In this document: piece by piece, positions 1 to 8,565 of the stretch
Numbering within the stretch: the first letter of the stretch is position 1
Layout of the letters: each line of letters opens with the position of its first letter
The notes under the pieces: model-generated
Database searches by the model: none
Seen by the model: the letters and a program-made list of their open reading frames with translations, nothing else
Told to the model about the DNA's origin: nothing
Translations under genes and position numbers: made by a program
Virus record (IMG/VR): IMGVR_UViG_3300048849_000190
Coordinates: 1-39,212 of that record
Source of the DNA: a virus
Lineage: Duplodnaviria > Caudoviricetes
Length of the DNA: 39,212 bases
Strand: one strand, 5' to 3'

Positions 1-510
1 TCAGGCGGCGTCGGCCCGCCGGGGCAGGACCCAGCCCGGCCGGACGAAGTGGCAGGTGTAGCCGTTCGGGATCCGCTCCAGATAGTCCTGGTGCTCGGGT
101 TCGGCCTCCCAGAAATCGCCCAGTGGCGACACCTCGGTGACGACCTTGCCCGGCCACAGGCCGGAGGCATCGACGTCGGCAATGGTGTTTTCGGCCTCGG
201 CCTTCTGCGCCGCGTCGGCGTAGAAGATCGCCGAGCGGTAGCCCGGGCCACGATCGTTGCCCTGGCGATCGCGCGTCGTCGGGTCGTGGATCTGGAAGAA
301 AAATTCCAGCAGCTGGCGGTAGGACAGGACATCGGGATCGAAGCTGATCTCGATCGCCTCGGCATGCCGGCCATGGTTGCGGTAGGTGGCGTTCGGCACC
401 TCGCCCCCGCTATAGCCGACCCGCGTCGCGACGACGCCCGGCATCTTGCGGATGAGATCCTGCATGCCCCAGAAACAGCCTCCGGCCAGAACAGCGCGCT
501 CGGTCGTCAT
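1..510 (-). CDS. msrA: peptide-methionine (S)-S-oxide reductase MsrA (host gene)
   Basis: GGCFWG active-site motif, [31 protein letters not shown] and C-terminal GYTCH; SD GAGGAGG upstream. Confidence 0.97.
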   Translation of the reverse strand: MTTERAVLAGGCFWGMQDLIRKMPGVVATRVGYSGGEVPNATYRNHGRHAEAIEISFDPDVLSYRQLLEFFFQIHDPTTRDRQGNDRGPGYRSAIFYADAAQKAEAENTIADVDASGLWPGKVVTEVSPLGDFWEAEPEHQDYLERIPNGYTCHFVRPGWVLPRRADAA

Positions 511-785
511 GCGACTTCCTCCTCGTGAGTGGGATAGGTGGACCCCAGAGATAGGATTTTCCGCCGCCGATTCCAGCCACGCGGCGACGATGGTCGCCGC
601 GTGCTTGAATCAGCTTGGCGCAGATGGTGCCCGGCGGCCCGGCAGGGCCTCAGGCGGCGCGCCGGCTCGCCGGCCGGAGCCGCGTGAAGGCAGCCGGAGT
701 GGCCTGCCGGCGTCGGCGCCGGAGGCGGGTGGCAGGCCAACCCACCGCTCATTTGCGTTTTCCGGGAAGTTCGGCGCGCAAAGGC

Positions 786-814
786 TTGCTTCCGCGGCCT
801 TGAGCCTCTAGGGC
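786..814 (+). promoter_or_regulatory. putative sigma70 promoter of the host tRNA-Pro gene
   Basis: TTGCTT (786-791), 17-bp spacer, TAGGGC (809-814), about 10 nt upstream of the tRNA 5' end. Confidence 0.5.
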
Positions 815-824
815 TTCCCGCAGT

Positions 825-867
<43 letters not shown>

Positions 868-879
868 CGCGGCTTCGGT

Positions 880-2004
880 CTAATTCTCGTTAGAATTCTT
901 ATACTTGGACACGGTGGCGCGGGCCTCCGTGGGATTTGCCGTGTGAATTGCTGCGGCCTCCGACGCTTCCATCCCCAGCAGCAGATCGTCCTGCGTCACG
1001 TGCGCATAGCGCGTGGTGGTGGCGATATCGGAGTGACCGAGAAGACGCTGGGCGAGACGGATGTTGCCAGTCGCACGAACCAGGCGGGTTGCAGCGGTGT
1101 GCCGGGTGTCGTGGAAACGGAAGTCCGAGACGCCGGCGGTCTCCTTGCAGCGGCGCCAGGCGGTCTTAAAGCCCGCTTCCGTGATCGGGTAGCGCGTGCC
1201 GCGGCATCTGCCGTCTCTCGTCTTCTTCGCCATGTAGGTAAAGACGGCGAGGGGGTGATCATTCTTCAGCGACCAGAGCAGCTCAAACACCGCCTTCGTC
1301 ATGGGGATCGTTCGCAGTCTGTCACCCTTGCCGCGGATGCGGATCGTGCGGTTGATCAGGTCGACGGCCGTCCATTCGAGAGTCACAATTTCGAGGCGGC
1401 GCGCGCCGGTCAGCAGGGCGAACTTGAGGGCAGGGGCATAGTCGCCCCGGATCGTTTCTAGAAGCCGCGATTCCTCAACCTGACTTGCCTCGCGCACCCG
1501 CTCCTGCGGTTCGCGTAAGATATGCGTCTTCCAGTCGATGTCCTCGACCTTCAGCTTCCATACCTTGCTGGCCCGGCGCAGGATGGCGCGCAGCGGCTCG
1601 CAGACGGACCGGTTGACCGTGGCGGCCGAGACCAGCGAGCCGGCCTTCAACGCGTTTTGCTGGCCGCGACGGCGCGCGACCAGCTTGGCGACCATTCCGT
1701 CGTTGATGTCGGCGATCGGAGTCTTCGGGCCGACATAGGTTTCCAGCCATTCGATCGCCCGGTCGGTGTCGACAGCGTTGCGATGGTGCTGCCCGACCTC
1801 GTTCCAATAGCGAGCGATTGCGACCTGGAACGTTACCGGGCCAGCGGCGTCGACCTCGGACTGCTTGAGCCTTTCACGCTCTTCCTGTTCGAAGCGTTCA
1901 GCCTTGCGCTTCTCCGAGCTTCCCGTTGAGCCAGAAAATCTTCGACCTCGGAATTGAAAGTCGTAAGAGTAGACCGCTTGGCCGGGCCGTTTGAACACAG
2001 ACAT
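880..2004 (-). CDS. tyrosine recombinase / phage integrase
   Basis: Catalytic residues R (TGARRLEI), K (RGKG), HxxR (FHDTRHT), H (LLGH), Y (TTRYAH); N-terminal arm-binding-like YSYDFQFRGRRF. Confidence 0.96.
   Translation of the reverse strand: MSVFKRPGQAVYSYDFQFRGRRFSGSTGSSEKRKAERFEQEERERLKQSEVDAAGPVTFQVAIARYWNEVGQHHRNAVDTDRAIEWLETYVGPKTPIADINDGMVAKLVARRRGQQNALKAGSLVSAATVNRSVCEPLRAILRRASKVWKLKVEDIDWKTHILREPQERVREASQVEESRLLETIRGDYAPALKFALLTGARRLEIVTLEWTAVDLINRTIRIRGKGDRLRTIPMTKAVFELLWSLKNDHPLAVFTYMAKKTRDGRCRGTRYPITEAGFKTAWRRCKETAGVSDFRFHDTRHTAATRLVRATGNIRLAQRLLGHSDIATTTRYAHVTQDDLLLGMEASEAAAIHTANPTEARATVSKYKNSNEN
927..949. repeat. candidate integrase arm-type binding sites
   Basis: Imperfect direct repeat CCGTGGGATTT (927-937) / CCGTGTGAATT (939-949), about 60-80 bp from the att core, within the int 3' end. 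Confidence 0.4.
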
Positions 2005-2177
2005 TTTCTCTCCTCGATGAAGGCGAGCAGGTCCGCTCGATCGTAGCGGCGCGCCTTCTTCTTGAGGCCGCGACCGATATTGACGTAGCGGATGAGGCCA
2101 TCACTGGTGAGCGACCGCAACTGCTTCTGCGAGATGGCCAGCGTAGCGGCCGCGGCGGCGGGGGTGAGAAGTTCCAT
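1833..2177 (-). CDS. excisionase-like helix-turn-helix protein
   Basis: MELLTPAAAAATLAISQKQLRSL...IRYVNIG...RRYDRADLLAFIE resembles HTH_17/Xis; immediately upstream of and overlapping int; start reassigned to ATG at 2177 (SD GGAGAGG). Confidence 0.8.
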   Translation of the reverse strand: MELLTPAAAAATLAISQKQLRSLTSDGLIRYVNIGRGLKKKARRYDRADLLAFIEERKCLCSNGPAKRSTLTTFNSEVEDFLAQREARRSARLNASNRKSVKGSSSPRSTPLAR

Positions 2178-2479
2178 CAGTCCTCTCCCTCCACGTTGTC
2201 GCGCTTGCCTATCGCGCCGATGGCATAGCGCCCGGCGCGGGTAGTCTTGATGCGGGGATGGCGGCCGGAATAGTCGATGCGGGCGTAGCCGAGCGCGATC
2301 AGCTGTACGCCTCGGCCTTTGGCAAGGAAGCGGCCCTGGGCGGACCAGCCGCCGGCGACGCGCGTCATGCCGATGGGACGGGCCTCGTACAGCACGCGCA
2401 GGTCGGCGCGCAGTTTTGGGGTCAGCGTGAGCTGCGGTGTGTCGGGGGGCTGTGCTGAGGTCGCGTGGTCGGTGATCAC
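2177..2479 (-). CDS. hypothetical phage protein
   Basis: 100-aa ORF whose start and stop overlap both neighbours (translational coupling). Confidence 0.65.
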   Translation of the reverse strand: MITDHATSAQPPDTPQLTLTPKLRADLRVLYEARPIGMTRVAGGWSAQGRFLAKGRGVQLIALGYARIDYSGRHPRIKTTRAGRYAIGAIGKRDNVEGED

Positions 2480-3312
2480 GAGCGGGCCGTCCCTGCCTTA
2501 TGGCGGACATGGACGGCATGCTCGATCTTGGCCATTGCCATCAGTGTCGGCTTCAACTCTTCCGGTGCCGCATCAAACGCGATCCGCTTCTTGAAACGCC
2601 CGCCGTTGAGGCGCGCGAGCACGCCTCGGGGGATCGGCTCCCAGTTGCTCGGATCGGTGTTTGTCTTGTTGCCGTCGAGGCATTTCAAAGCGTAGCCCGC
2701 CGGCACGGGGCCGTGCTCTTGCTCCCAGAGCAGCCGGTGCTTGTGCACATAGCGGCGATCGCCACCGGTGTGTGGGTTGATTTCAGCGACCGAGATCTCG
2801 ACGTACCCATCGACATTGATCCGCTCGTGGCCGATGAAATTCATGTTCATCGGTCGCTGGCCCTTCTTGAACTGGGTCCGGGCGGAATTCGGGTTGTAGG
2901 GCATCGACTTGCCCTTGTTCCAGGACGGGCCACCCTTTGCGAACTGCCCGGTGCTCCCCGTCCGCCAACCTTGCCGCTTGCGCAGGGCGTTGAGATTTGC
3001 CGCTGAAAGATCCGTGCGGGCGAAGCGTTCGACGAAGGCTTGATGATACTGGCTGATGACCAGCGCGCGGTTTTCGGACAGCCAGGCGATCTCCTCGCCA
3101 GAGAAGCGGCGGTGGCGCCCGAGGTATCGTCCTCCGGTGCGTCCGACCTTCCAGCCCTTGCGCTTGCGAAGGCCGTGAAGATGCTCCTGGCGGACATCAT
3201 CACGCCCGAACTGGTTGACGAAGGCGCGGTGATAATCGCTGATGACCATGTCGCGGTTCGCTTCCAGCCAAGCCATTTCCGCATCGCTGTAGAGGATGGC
3301 GCGAGGCTTCAT
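2476..3312 (-). CDS. HNH endonuclease family protein with duplicated N-terminal domain
   Basis: C-terminal HRLLWEQEHGPVPAGY...LDGNKTNTDPSNW (HNH_3-like); two approx. 68-aa repeats YSDAEMAWL.../FSGEEIAWL...; start at ATG 3312 overlapping the upstream stop. Confidence 0.85.
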   Translation of the reverse strand: MKPRAILYSDAEMAWLEANRDMVISDYHRAFVNQFGRDDVRQEHLHGLRKRKGWKVGRTGGRYLGRHRRFSGEEIAWLSENRALVISQYHQAFVERFARTDLSAANLNALRKRQGWRTGSTGQFAKGGPSWNKGKSMPYNPNSARTQFKKGQRPMNMNFIGHERINVDGYVEISVAEINPHTGGDRRYVHKHRLLWEQEHGPVPAGYALKCLDGNKTNTDPSNWEPIPRGVLARLNGGRFKKRIAFDAAPEELKPTLMAMAKIEHAVHVRHKAGTARS

Positions 3313-3683
3313 TGCACCGACCCCTGCCGCTGCCGGGCCCATTCCTGCCGCTCTTCCTCGGTTTCGCGAGCGATCCGCCGGGCGTCCGCTTCGGCGCGTT
3401 CGCGGTCTTCGGCGCTCTTTAGCGCTTCGGCTCTGACGTGCTCAATCTGCCGGCCAGCCATGCTTTCCGGGATCATGTCGGAGACCCCGCGCCCGTGCCT
3501 GGCGACCAGTTCCGCCGCCTTGAACTGCAGAGCTGCGGCCCCGACGATCTGGTTAGACACGCCGACGATCGCCTCGGCGCGCGCCGCCTCCTGCTCGATC
3601 TGCTCTGCGGTCAGGTTCTCGTCGGACAGGCGCTCGAGCTGGGCGAACAGGTGATTATTGAGATCGGAAAGCCGGTTTTTCAT
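3309..3683 (-). CDS. conserved phage protein typically paired with HNH genes
   Basis: MKNRLSDLNNHLFAQLERLSDE...EAARAEAIVGVSNQIV pattern; SD GGAG; coupled to the HNH gene. Confidence 0.8.
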   Translation of the reverse strand: MKNRLSDLNNHLFAQLERLSDENLTAEQIEQEAARAEAIVGVSNQIVGAAALQFKAAELVARHGRGVSDMIPESMAGRQIEHVRAEALKSAEDRERAEADARRIARETEEERQEWARQRQGSVQ

Positions 3684-3778
3684 CTGCAAATCTCCGGAAA
3701 GGAATCGTGCGTCATGCTGTCGAGAGTGCGCCCGGCAACTTTCGTGTCGTCGCCGGGCGGATAGGGCGAGGGCGTGCC

Positions 3779-4804
3779 TCAGCAGCCGCCGAGGGCGCGA
3801 ACAGGAGCGCCGCTAGCTTCCATTTCCGGAGCGCCCTCGTAGACGGGCAGGGTCGTGTGATCGCGCACGTCGGCCATGGCCTGACGGACCGCCTCGTTGA
3901 TCAGAGTGTCCGGGCGGAAGATCTTGAACATCCACTTGATGACGCCGCCATTGGCGCGATAGCGCAGGCGCACGGGCACCTCGACTGAGTCACCCATGAA
4001 GAAGGGTGCGACCTCGACGGCAAAGCCGCCGGGCACTCTGATCGGCTGACCGTCGGCGCCGGTGTGCTCCTCGTTGAAGACGATCTGCGCTTCGCCGGTC
4101 TGCAGGTTCCGCACCTGCTTGACCTTCTGGCCGACGTTCACCTCAAGGCCGCGGGCGAGGGTGATGATCTGCGCCGGCGTACCGACCGTCGTCTGCAGAT
4201 CCCGCTCCATCCAAATGCGGGTGCCATCCTGCGGCGCGCGCAGCTCGTGGACATGCTCCTCGATGAACTCGGCGAGGTCCGCCTGGTCCATCCACTGGCC
4301 GTCGGCGGCGATCCAGGCCTTCCACTCCTCGGACAGGGGGAAGGCGTATTGCACCCGGTGCCGGCCATTGGCGGCGTCGTTTGCCTTCGCGTCTGCCTCG
4401 GGGTGATAGTCGATGACGGCCGTCAGGCTAGGCTTCGTCCAGTCGGTGTTGGCGAAGACGGCCGAGGCCATGATCTTGTGCCGGTTCACGAGCTCGATGA
4501 AGCTGTCGAGCGTCAGCGTCCTGGCGGTGCCAGCACGCGCGAGTGGCGCGGTGCGCCATTCCTCGGCCAGAGCCTTGATGCTGGCGAGCGAGGGCTTCTC
4601 GCCGTGGATGACGGCGATCGGGAAGTGCGAGGGCAAACCGGTGCCGGCCTCGTCGAACTGCACGTCGACGATGGTAACGCCGGTCGCGTCAGCGCCGAGC
4701 TGCGCGAGCTTATCGATGGCGCTTCCGTCGATCTGCACCATCTCGCCGAAACCAGAAATCGGGACGGATGCGGTGGAAGTCGTGTTCGGATCGGTGTCGG
4801 ACAT
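3779..4804 (-). CDS. DUF2303 (YfdQ-like) family protein
   Basis: LTLDSFIELVNRH, LTAVIDYH, SEEWKAW...MDQADLAEFIEE, VRLRYR motifs; strong SD GAGGAGG. Confidence 0.85.
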   Translation of the reverse strand: MSDTDPNTTSTASVPISGFGEMVQIDGSAIDKLAQLGADATGVTIVDVQFDEAGTGLPSHFPIAVIHGEKPSLASIKALAEEWRTAPLARAGTARTLTLDSFIELVNRHKIMASAVFANTDWTKPSLTAVIDYHPEADAKANDAANGRHRVQYAFPLSEEWKAWIAADGQWMDQADLAEFIEEHVHELRAPQDGTRIWMERDLQTTVGTPAQIITLARGLEVNVGQKVKQVRNLQTGEAQIVFNEEHTGADGQPIRVPGGFAVEVAPFFMGDSVEVPVRLRYRANGGVIKWMFKIFRPDTLINEAVRQAMADVRDHTTLPVYEGAPEMEASGAPVRALGGC

Positions 4805-4842
4805 TTCGTCCTCCTCTGTTGAAAGCGGGCGGGTGGAGAAAG

Positions 4843-5193
4843 CTACTGGTCGGCCGCGACGCGCGGAGCTCCGAGACCAGCGTCGCGCGGGCCGAAGAGG
4901 TTCTGCTGACGCGGGTGCTCGGTTGAGAGCGTGCCGTCGTCGAGGACGAAGAGGACGCTCGATGCGCGGTCGGATTCCGGCTTTTTGGATTTGAGCTTGG
5001 CGTTGATCGTCACCGTGCCGCCCTCGACGGTGAGGTCGAGATGCAGGGTGACAGAGCCTTTCGCTTTGCCCTTCGGCCCGGCGTGCTCCTTCAGTTCGGC
5101 CAGGGCCGACTGCAGCTCACCGGAGAAGTCGTGAGCGAGCTGCCCGTCCTCCAGGATGCCAATGATCATCTGTGCTTCGCGAATGACGGACAT
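4843..5193 (-). CDS. hypothetical protein (usual partner upstream of DUF2303)
   Basis: 116 aa, KGSVTLHLDL...DDGTLSTEHPRQQNLF; SD AAGGA. Confidence 0.75.
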   Translation of the reverse strand: MSVIREAQMIIGILEDGQLAHDFSGELQSALAELKEHAGPKGKAKGSVTLHLDLTVEGGTVTINAKLKSKKPESDRASSVLFVLDDGTLSTEHPRQQNLFGPRDAGLGAPRVAADQ

Positions 5194-5209
5194 GCCGGTT
5201 CCTTTCGGT

Positions 5210-5485
5210 TCAGAGGTCGGTGCCGACGCCGTGCGCGTCTGGCGCAGGATCGTCCGTTGCAGCGGTTGCCTGCTCAGGCTGCGGCGGCGGGGCGAGGATG
5301 ACGGTGAAGAAGGGGTCTGAGCCGGTGCCGATCTCGGCGGCGCTCGGGTGTAGCGAGAGGGAGCGGCAGACGAGGCTTCCCGCGGCCGCGCCGACGCGCC
5401 CGGCGATACCCTCGGACATCAACGCTGCTGCCTCGTCGAAGCTGAGGGCAACGCTGAGGCCTTCGGGTGTGCGCTCGACCTGCAT
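5210..5485 (-). CDS. hypothetical protein
   Basis: MQVERTPEGLSVALSF...; ATG overlaps the upstream stop, SD GGAGG. Confidence 0.55.
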   Translation of the reverse strand: MQVERTPEGLSVALSFDEAAALMSEGIAGRVGAAAGSLVCRSLSLHPSAAEIGTGSDPFFTVILAPPPQPEQATAATDDPAPDAHGVGTDL

Positions 5486-5736
5486 CAGCACAACCCTCCG
5501 CCGCTCCTGGTGATGGCGATGAGGTTCGCCTCGGCACCGTGGTGGCGCAGCTCGCCGAGGGTGAAGCCGCGCAGCAGCAGGTCGCGGTCGAGGCAGGCCT
5601 CGCCGTTGACGGCGGCGATGTCGAGCATATGGCCGGCCATGTGCTCCGCGATGCTCGGGGGCGTGCCGCGCACGGGACGGTGGCTGCCATTGCGGGCGGA
5701 GTGCTCGGCGGGGGTGAGGGGGCGTGTCTCGATCAT
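5485..5736 (-). CDS. hypothetical protein
   Basis: 83 aa, coupled start/stop, SD AAGGA. Confidence 0.6.
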   Translation of the reverse strand: MIETRPLTPAEHSARNGSHRPVRGTPPSIAEHMAGHMLDIAAVNGEACLDRDLLLRGFTLGELRHHGAEANLIAITRSGGGLC

Positions 5737-5957
5737 GGCTGGGTCCTTGTCTGTTCTGGGGTGGGTTTCTGGCGCAGCAGCGCCTTGCGGGTGAGGCGGG
5801 CGCCACGCGCGGTCTCGTCGGTGCGGGCAAGTTTGGCCTTTTGGACGATGCGGCCGGGCGTCTCGGCGCGCAGGCGCGCGGCGGTGGGGCTGGCGGCGTC
5901 GACGGGGATGGTGCGGCAGCCGTCCGGATCTTCGACGTGGACGAGGAAGCCCGGCAT
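5733..5957 (-). CDS. hypothetical protein
   Basis: MPGFLVHVEDPDG...; ATG overlaps the upstream TGA, SD GGAG. Confidence 0.55.
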   Translation of the reverse strand: MPGFLVHVEDPDGCRTIPVDAASPTAARLRAETPGRIVQKAKLARTDETARGARLTRKALLRQKPTPEQTRTQP

Positions 5958-6661
5958 CACGCGGCGCTCCAGGCGAAGCTCAGAAGATGGATGCCGATCA
6001 AAACGAGGCCGATAGCCAAAGCGGCGATCACGATGAAGAGGGCGACCAGGCCGGCGATGGCGACGCCGTCGTCCGCGTCGGGAATGTCGTGCCAGTCGAC
6101 GGCCGAGCGATACCGCGCTTCGCCCGCCTTGATGTCGGTATCGGCGATCTCGGCTTCGAAGGTCTCGGGGAGGTCGGGCGCCGTGCCATGCGGCAAGGCG
6201 AGGTCGTCCAGGAAGACCCGGTGCGTGCGAAGGCCCTGAGCGCGACGGCGCGCGCTCTCGACGCGCGCGGCCTCGACGCGGGCATTGTCCCGGCAATATT
6301 CCGCCAGCCTGCCGATGTCGTCGCCCATGCCGCGCGCACTGTCCCGGGGAAGGCGTTGGAAGCGCTCGGCAAGGGCGTCGCAGTCGGGCAGATCAGGCGA
6401 GTGGGACATGATCGGCCGGTCGCTCGCCATCCACGCGCCGGAAGACCAGCGGGCGGAAAGGAGCGCTGGCCTGTGTTCTGCCAAGAAGCGGGTGACCGTG
6501 AGACCACGGAAAGCAGGGATTGGCTGCTCGGCCAGCATTGCCCGCAAGGCATCGTCGATGACGACGACGCCGGATGTGTCGCAGCGCGCCGGGCGGGATG
6601 CCTCGATGCGGGTGAGCTGCTGCGACAGAGTTTCGCGGCGGGCGCCAAAGGGCACCCTCAC
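5957..6661 (-). CDS. hypothetical protein with C-terminal transmembrane segment (start uncertain)
   Basis: C-terminal hydrophobic run VAIAGLVALFIVIAALAIGLVLIGIHLL; GTG start overlaps the upstream stop. Confidence 0.55.
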   Translation of the reverse strand: MRVPFGARRETLSQQLTRIEASRPARCDTSGVVVIDDALRAMLAEQPIPAFRGLTVTRFLAEHRPALLSARWSSGAWMASDRPIMSHSPDLPDCDALAERFQRLPRDSARGMGDDIGRLAEYCRDNARVEAARVESARRRAQGLRTHRVFLDDLALPHGTAPDLPETFEAEIADTDIKAGEARYRSAVDWHDIPDADDGVAIAGLVALFIVIAALAIGLVLIGIHLLSFAWSAA

Positions 6662-7029
6662 CGCAGCACCATCGGGACCATGGCGGCGAGACCAAGGACC
6701 ATGCCGGGGATGAAAAGCGCCAGGGCGACTAGGGTTGACACGTCCTTCGCCGCGCCCCGGGCGATCGCCGGAACGATCCAGGCGACGATGCGCACGGTCT
6801 CTACGATCTCACGGCGGATCGCGGAGGCTTCGCTCTGAGCCGATGCGGCAGGGCGATGGGCTGGGCCGGACGTGGGGAGGCGTTCACGTCCGGCCTTGCC
6901 GGCGCGCTCCGGCGCGGACGCCCGGAAAGGAAGCGCGGCCGATCGGAATGGTCTGTTCTCAGGGGAAAGACGAAGCGTCAGCGCGTGCTGAGCTGTGGCT
7001 GCCGAAGGCAGCAATGCCGGAAGGTGCAT
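6658..7029 (-). CDS. hypothetical protein, first gene of the leftward early operon, hydrophobic C-terminus
   Basis: SD GGAG before MHLPALL; directly downstream of the OL operator cluster. Confidence 0.5.
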   Translation of the reverse strand: MHLPALLPSAATAQHALTLRLSPENRPFRSAALPFRASAPERAGKAGRERLPTSGPAHRPAASAQSEASAIRREIVETVRIVAWIVPAIARGAAKDVSTLVALALFIPGMVLGLAAMVPMVLR

Positions 7030-7080
7030 CGGGTTCTCCATCGGGTGCGGCCGAGTTCGATGGAGATGTTCAAACACAAA

Positions 7081-7125
7081 ACACGAAACGTGTCTACAGC
7101 AATCGTGTATAAACACGAAACATGT
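7081..7125. promoter_or_regulatory. left operator cluster (OL): three 13-bp palindromic operators
   Basis: ACACGAAACGTGT (7081-7093), ACAGCAATCGTGT (7096-7108), ACACGAAACATGT (7113-7125); consensus ACACG-N3-CGTGT, also present between cI and cro. Confidence 0.8.
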
Positions 7126-7246
7126 TAAAGTGGCTGGTAGGCGGCGTTAGGTCGATTGGGCGGCCTCAATGGCCTGGTTATGCCCACCAATCCACAGGAC
7201 GACAAAAATGATTCGCTTTGCGGCGCGGGTTCTGGAATCCATGTGA

Positions 7247-7261
7247 GAACGGATAAGGAAC
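7247..7261 (+). promoter_or_regulatory. alphaproteobacterial LexA (SOS) box
   Basis: GAAC-GGATAAG-GAAC matches GAAC-N7-GAAC exactly, 12 nt upstream of the ATG at 7274. Confidence 0.7.
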
Positions 7262-7273
7262 AAAGGCGGGTAG

Positions 7274-7558
7274 ATGCGTTCCAGATTGAAGCAATTTTCC
7301 CATGATGACAAAGCGCTCGCCTTCCGACTGATCGCGGAATTATCAAGCCTCTATGTCGCTTGCGACCACTGTGGACACACGCGTGTTCTCCGCACGGAAA
7401 ATCTAAAGAAAGCGGGGGAGCTGGGCGTGCACACATACCACGAGCTGTGTCGCAAGATCGTCTGCGGCGAGTGCCCTCGGCGGCCGCTGCGCGATCGGAA
7501 TTTGACTATGCGGCCAACGTGGCGGTGTGATGAGGTTCATGTCTACGCAAGGGCGTGA
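7274..7558 (+). CDS. small putative zinc-binding protein (CxxC...CxxC)
   Basis: CDHCGH and CGEC motifs in 94 aa; isolated plus-strand ORF between OL and the cI 3' end. Confidence 0.7.
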   Translation: MRSRLKQFSHDDKALAFRLIAELSSLYVACDHCGHTRVLRTENLKKAGELGVHTYHELCRKIVCGECPRRPLRDRNLTMRPTWRCDEVHVYARA

Positions 7559-8262
7559 AAGACGATCTTGTGGACTGAAAACACGAGGTCGTCGGGGAAC
7601 TCTATCTCTTCTGTTTCACCTTCTTCTGGGTTGAACTGCTTCAAGCGGAGTCGGCCACTGCCGCGCGACACGAACTGTTTGATATAACTACTCAATTCCT
7701 CCCCATCATCGCGATCTTGCACCTGGACGACTACATAGTCGCCGCGGCGTACAGGTGCATGGGGATTCAGCCAGACGGTGTCGCCAGCCTCGAATTTTGG
7801 TTCCATTGAGTACCCGTGAACCCGCACGGCGTACGCGCCTTCGACGCCTTCAAGGTCAGGTGGACAGAAGACCGTTTGAGACGCCTGCCCGTTCATGACG
7901 AACCTGCCGTTGGCTCCGCCGGAAGTCTGACCCATTAGCGGGATGCCGGCGTCGGGGAAGCGAACGTATCGAGGCGGAAAGCTGGCGTTCGGCGTCGGCG
8001 CGTAACTTTGCGATCTCGCCTGCTCTGCGCCGTTTATGGGCTCGCCACTGAGCATTGGCTCTTCACCAAGTAGCAGCCATGCGGCCCTGACCCCGAACTT
8101 CTTGCCATAGGCCTTGGCCGCAGGCTCTTTGAATTTGTTCTGGCCATTCTCGTGGGCGGCGTACGTTGACGGCGCAATGCCAAGCGCCTCCGCTGCGTCT
8201 TTTGTTTTTGCGTAGCCCGCATGCACGCGGGCGACCCGAAGTCTGTCAGCCATCTCGCTCAT
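7543..8262 (-). CDS. CI-like repressor (HTH_XRE + S24 peptidase)
   Basis: N-terminal HTH (RLRVAR...AAEALGIAPSTYAAHENG); C-terminal GYSMEP (Ser) and YIKQF (Lys) dyad; start uncertain among 8253/8262/8271. Confidence 0.93.
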   Translation of the reverse strand: MSEMADRLRVARVHAGYAKTKDAAEALGIAPSTYAAHENGQNKFKEPAAKAYGKKFGVRAAWLLLGEEPMLSGEPINGAEQARSQSYAPTPNASFPPRYVRFPDAGIPLMGQTSGGANGRFVMNGQASQTVFCPPDLEGVEGAYAVRVHGYSMEPKFEAGDTVWLNPHAPVRRGDYVVVQVQDRDDGEELSSYIKQFVSRGSGRLRLKQFNPEEGETEEIEFPDDLVFSVHKIVFHALA

Positions 8263-8287
8263 GTCGAGCATCATATGTGGATGCGCG

Positions 8288-8345
8288 ACAGGAATAATGT
8301 TGACATCAAAACACGTATCGTGTTCCTTGCGAACATGAGAACTGT
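8288..8345. promoter_or_regulatory. right operator region (OR) with three operators and a TTGACA -35 box
   Basis: ACAGGAATAATGT (8288-8300), ACACGTATCGTGT (8311-8323), ACATGAGAACTGT (8333-8345) at 23/22-bp spacing; TTGACA at 8300-8305. Confidence 0.75.
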
Positions 8346-8565
8346 TTCGGACATCATCGAAGCCCTCGGGGGCAGCGCCTCTATCGCCCGTGAGCTTGGC
8401 CTCAAGGCCAGCGCGGTTTCTGAGATGAAGCGCCGTCAATCTATTCCAGTGAAGTATTGGCCGGGGCTCATCCGCCTGTCCCAAGGACGCGGAGCGGTTC
8501 TTGATGCTGATGCTTTGGTCGTTGCGCATGCGCCGGAGCCAAGCGCAAGCGAGGCCGCGGCATGA
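8335..8565 (+). CDS. Cro-like repressor
   Basis: MRTVSDIIEALGGSASIARELGLKASAVSEMKRRQSIP HTH pattern; divergent from cI. Confidence 0.88.
   Translation: MRTVSDIIEALGGSASIARELGLKASAVSEMKRRQSIPVKYWPGLIRLSQGRGAVLDADALVVAHAPEPSASEAAA

Noticed and set aside
511-785. Short overlapping ORFs between msrA and the tRNA
   Set aside because: GC-rich intergenic DNA; ORFs lack SD sites and motifs
3697-3747. Operator half-sites (AAAGGAATCGTGC, GCAACTTTCGTGT) in the early-left intergenic gap
   Set aside because: Only one half matches the consensus; could be chance
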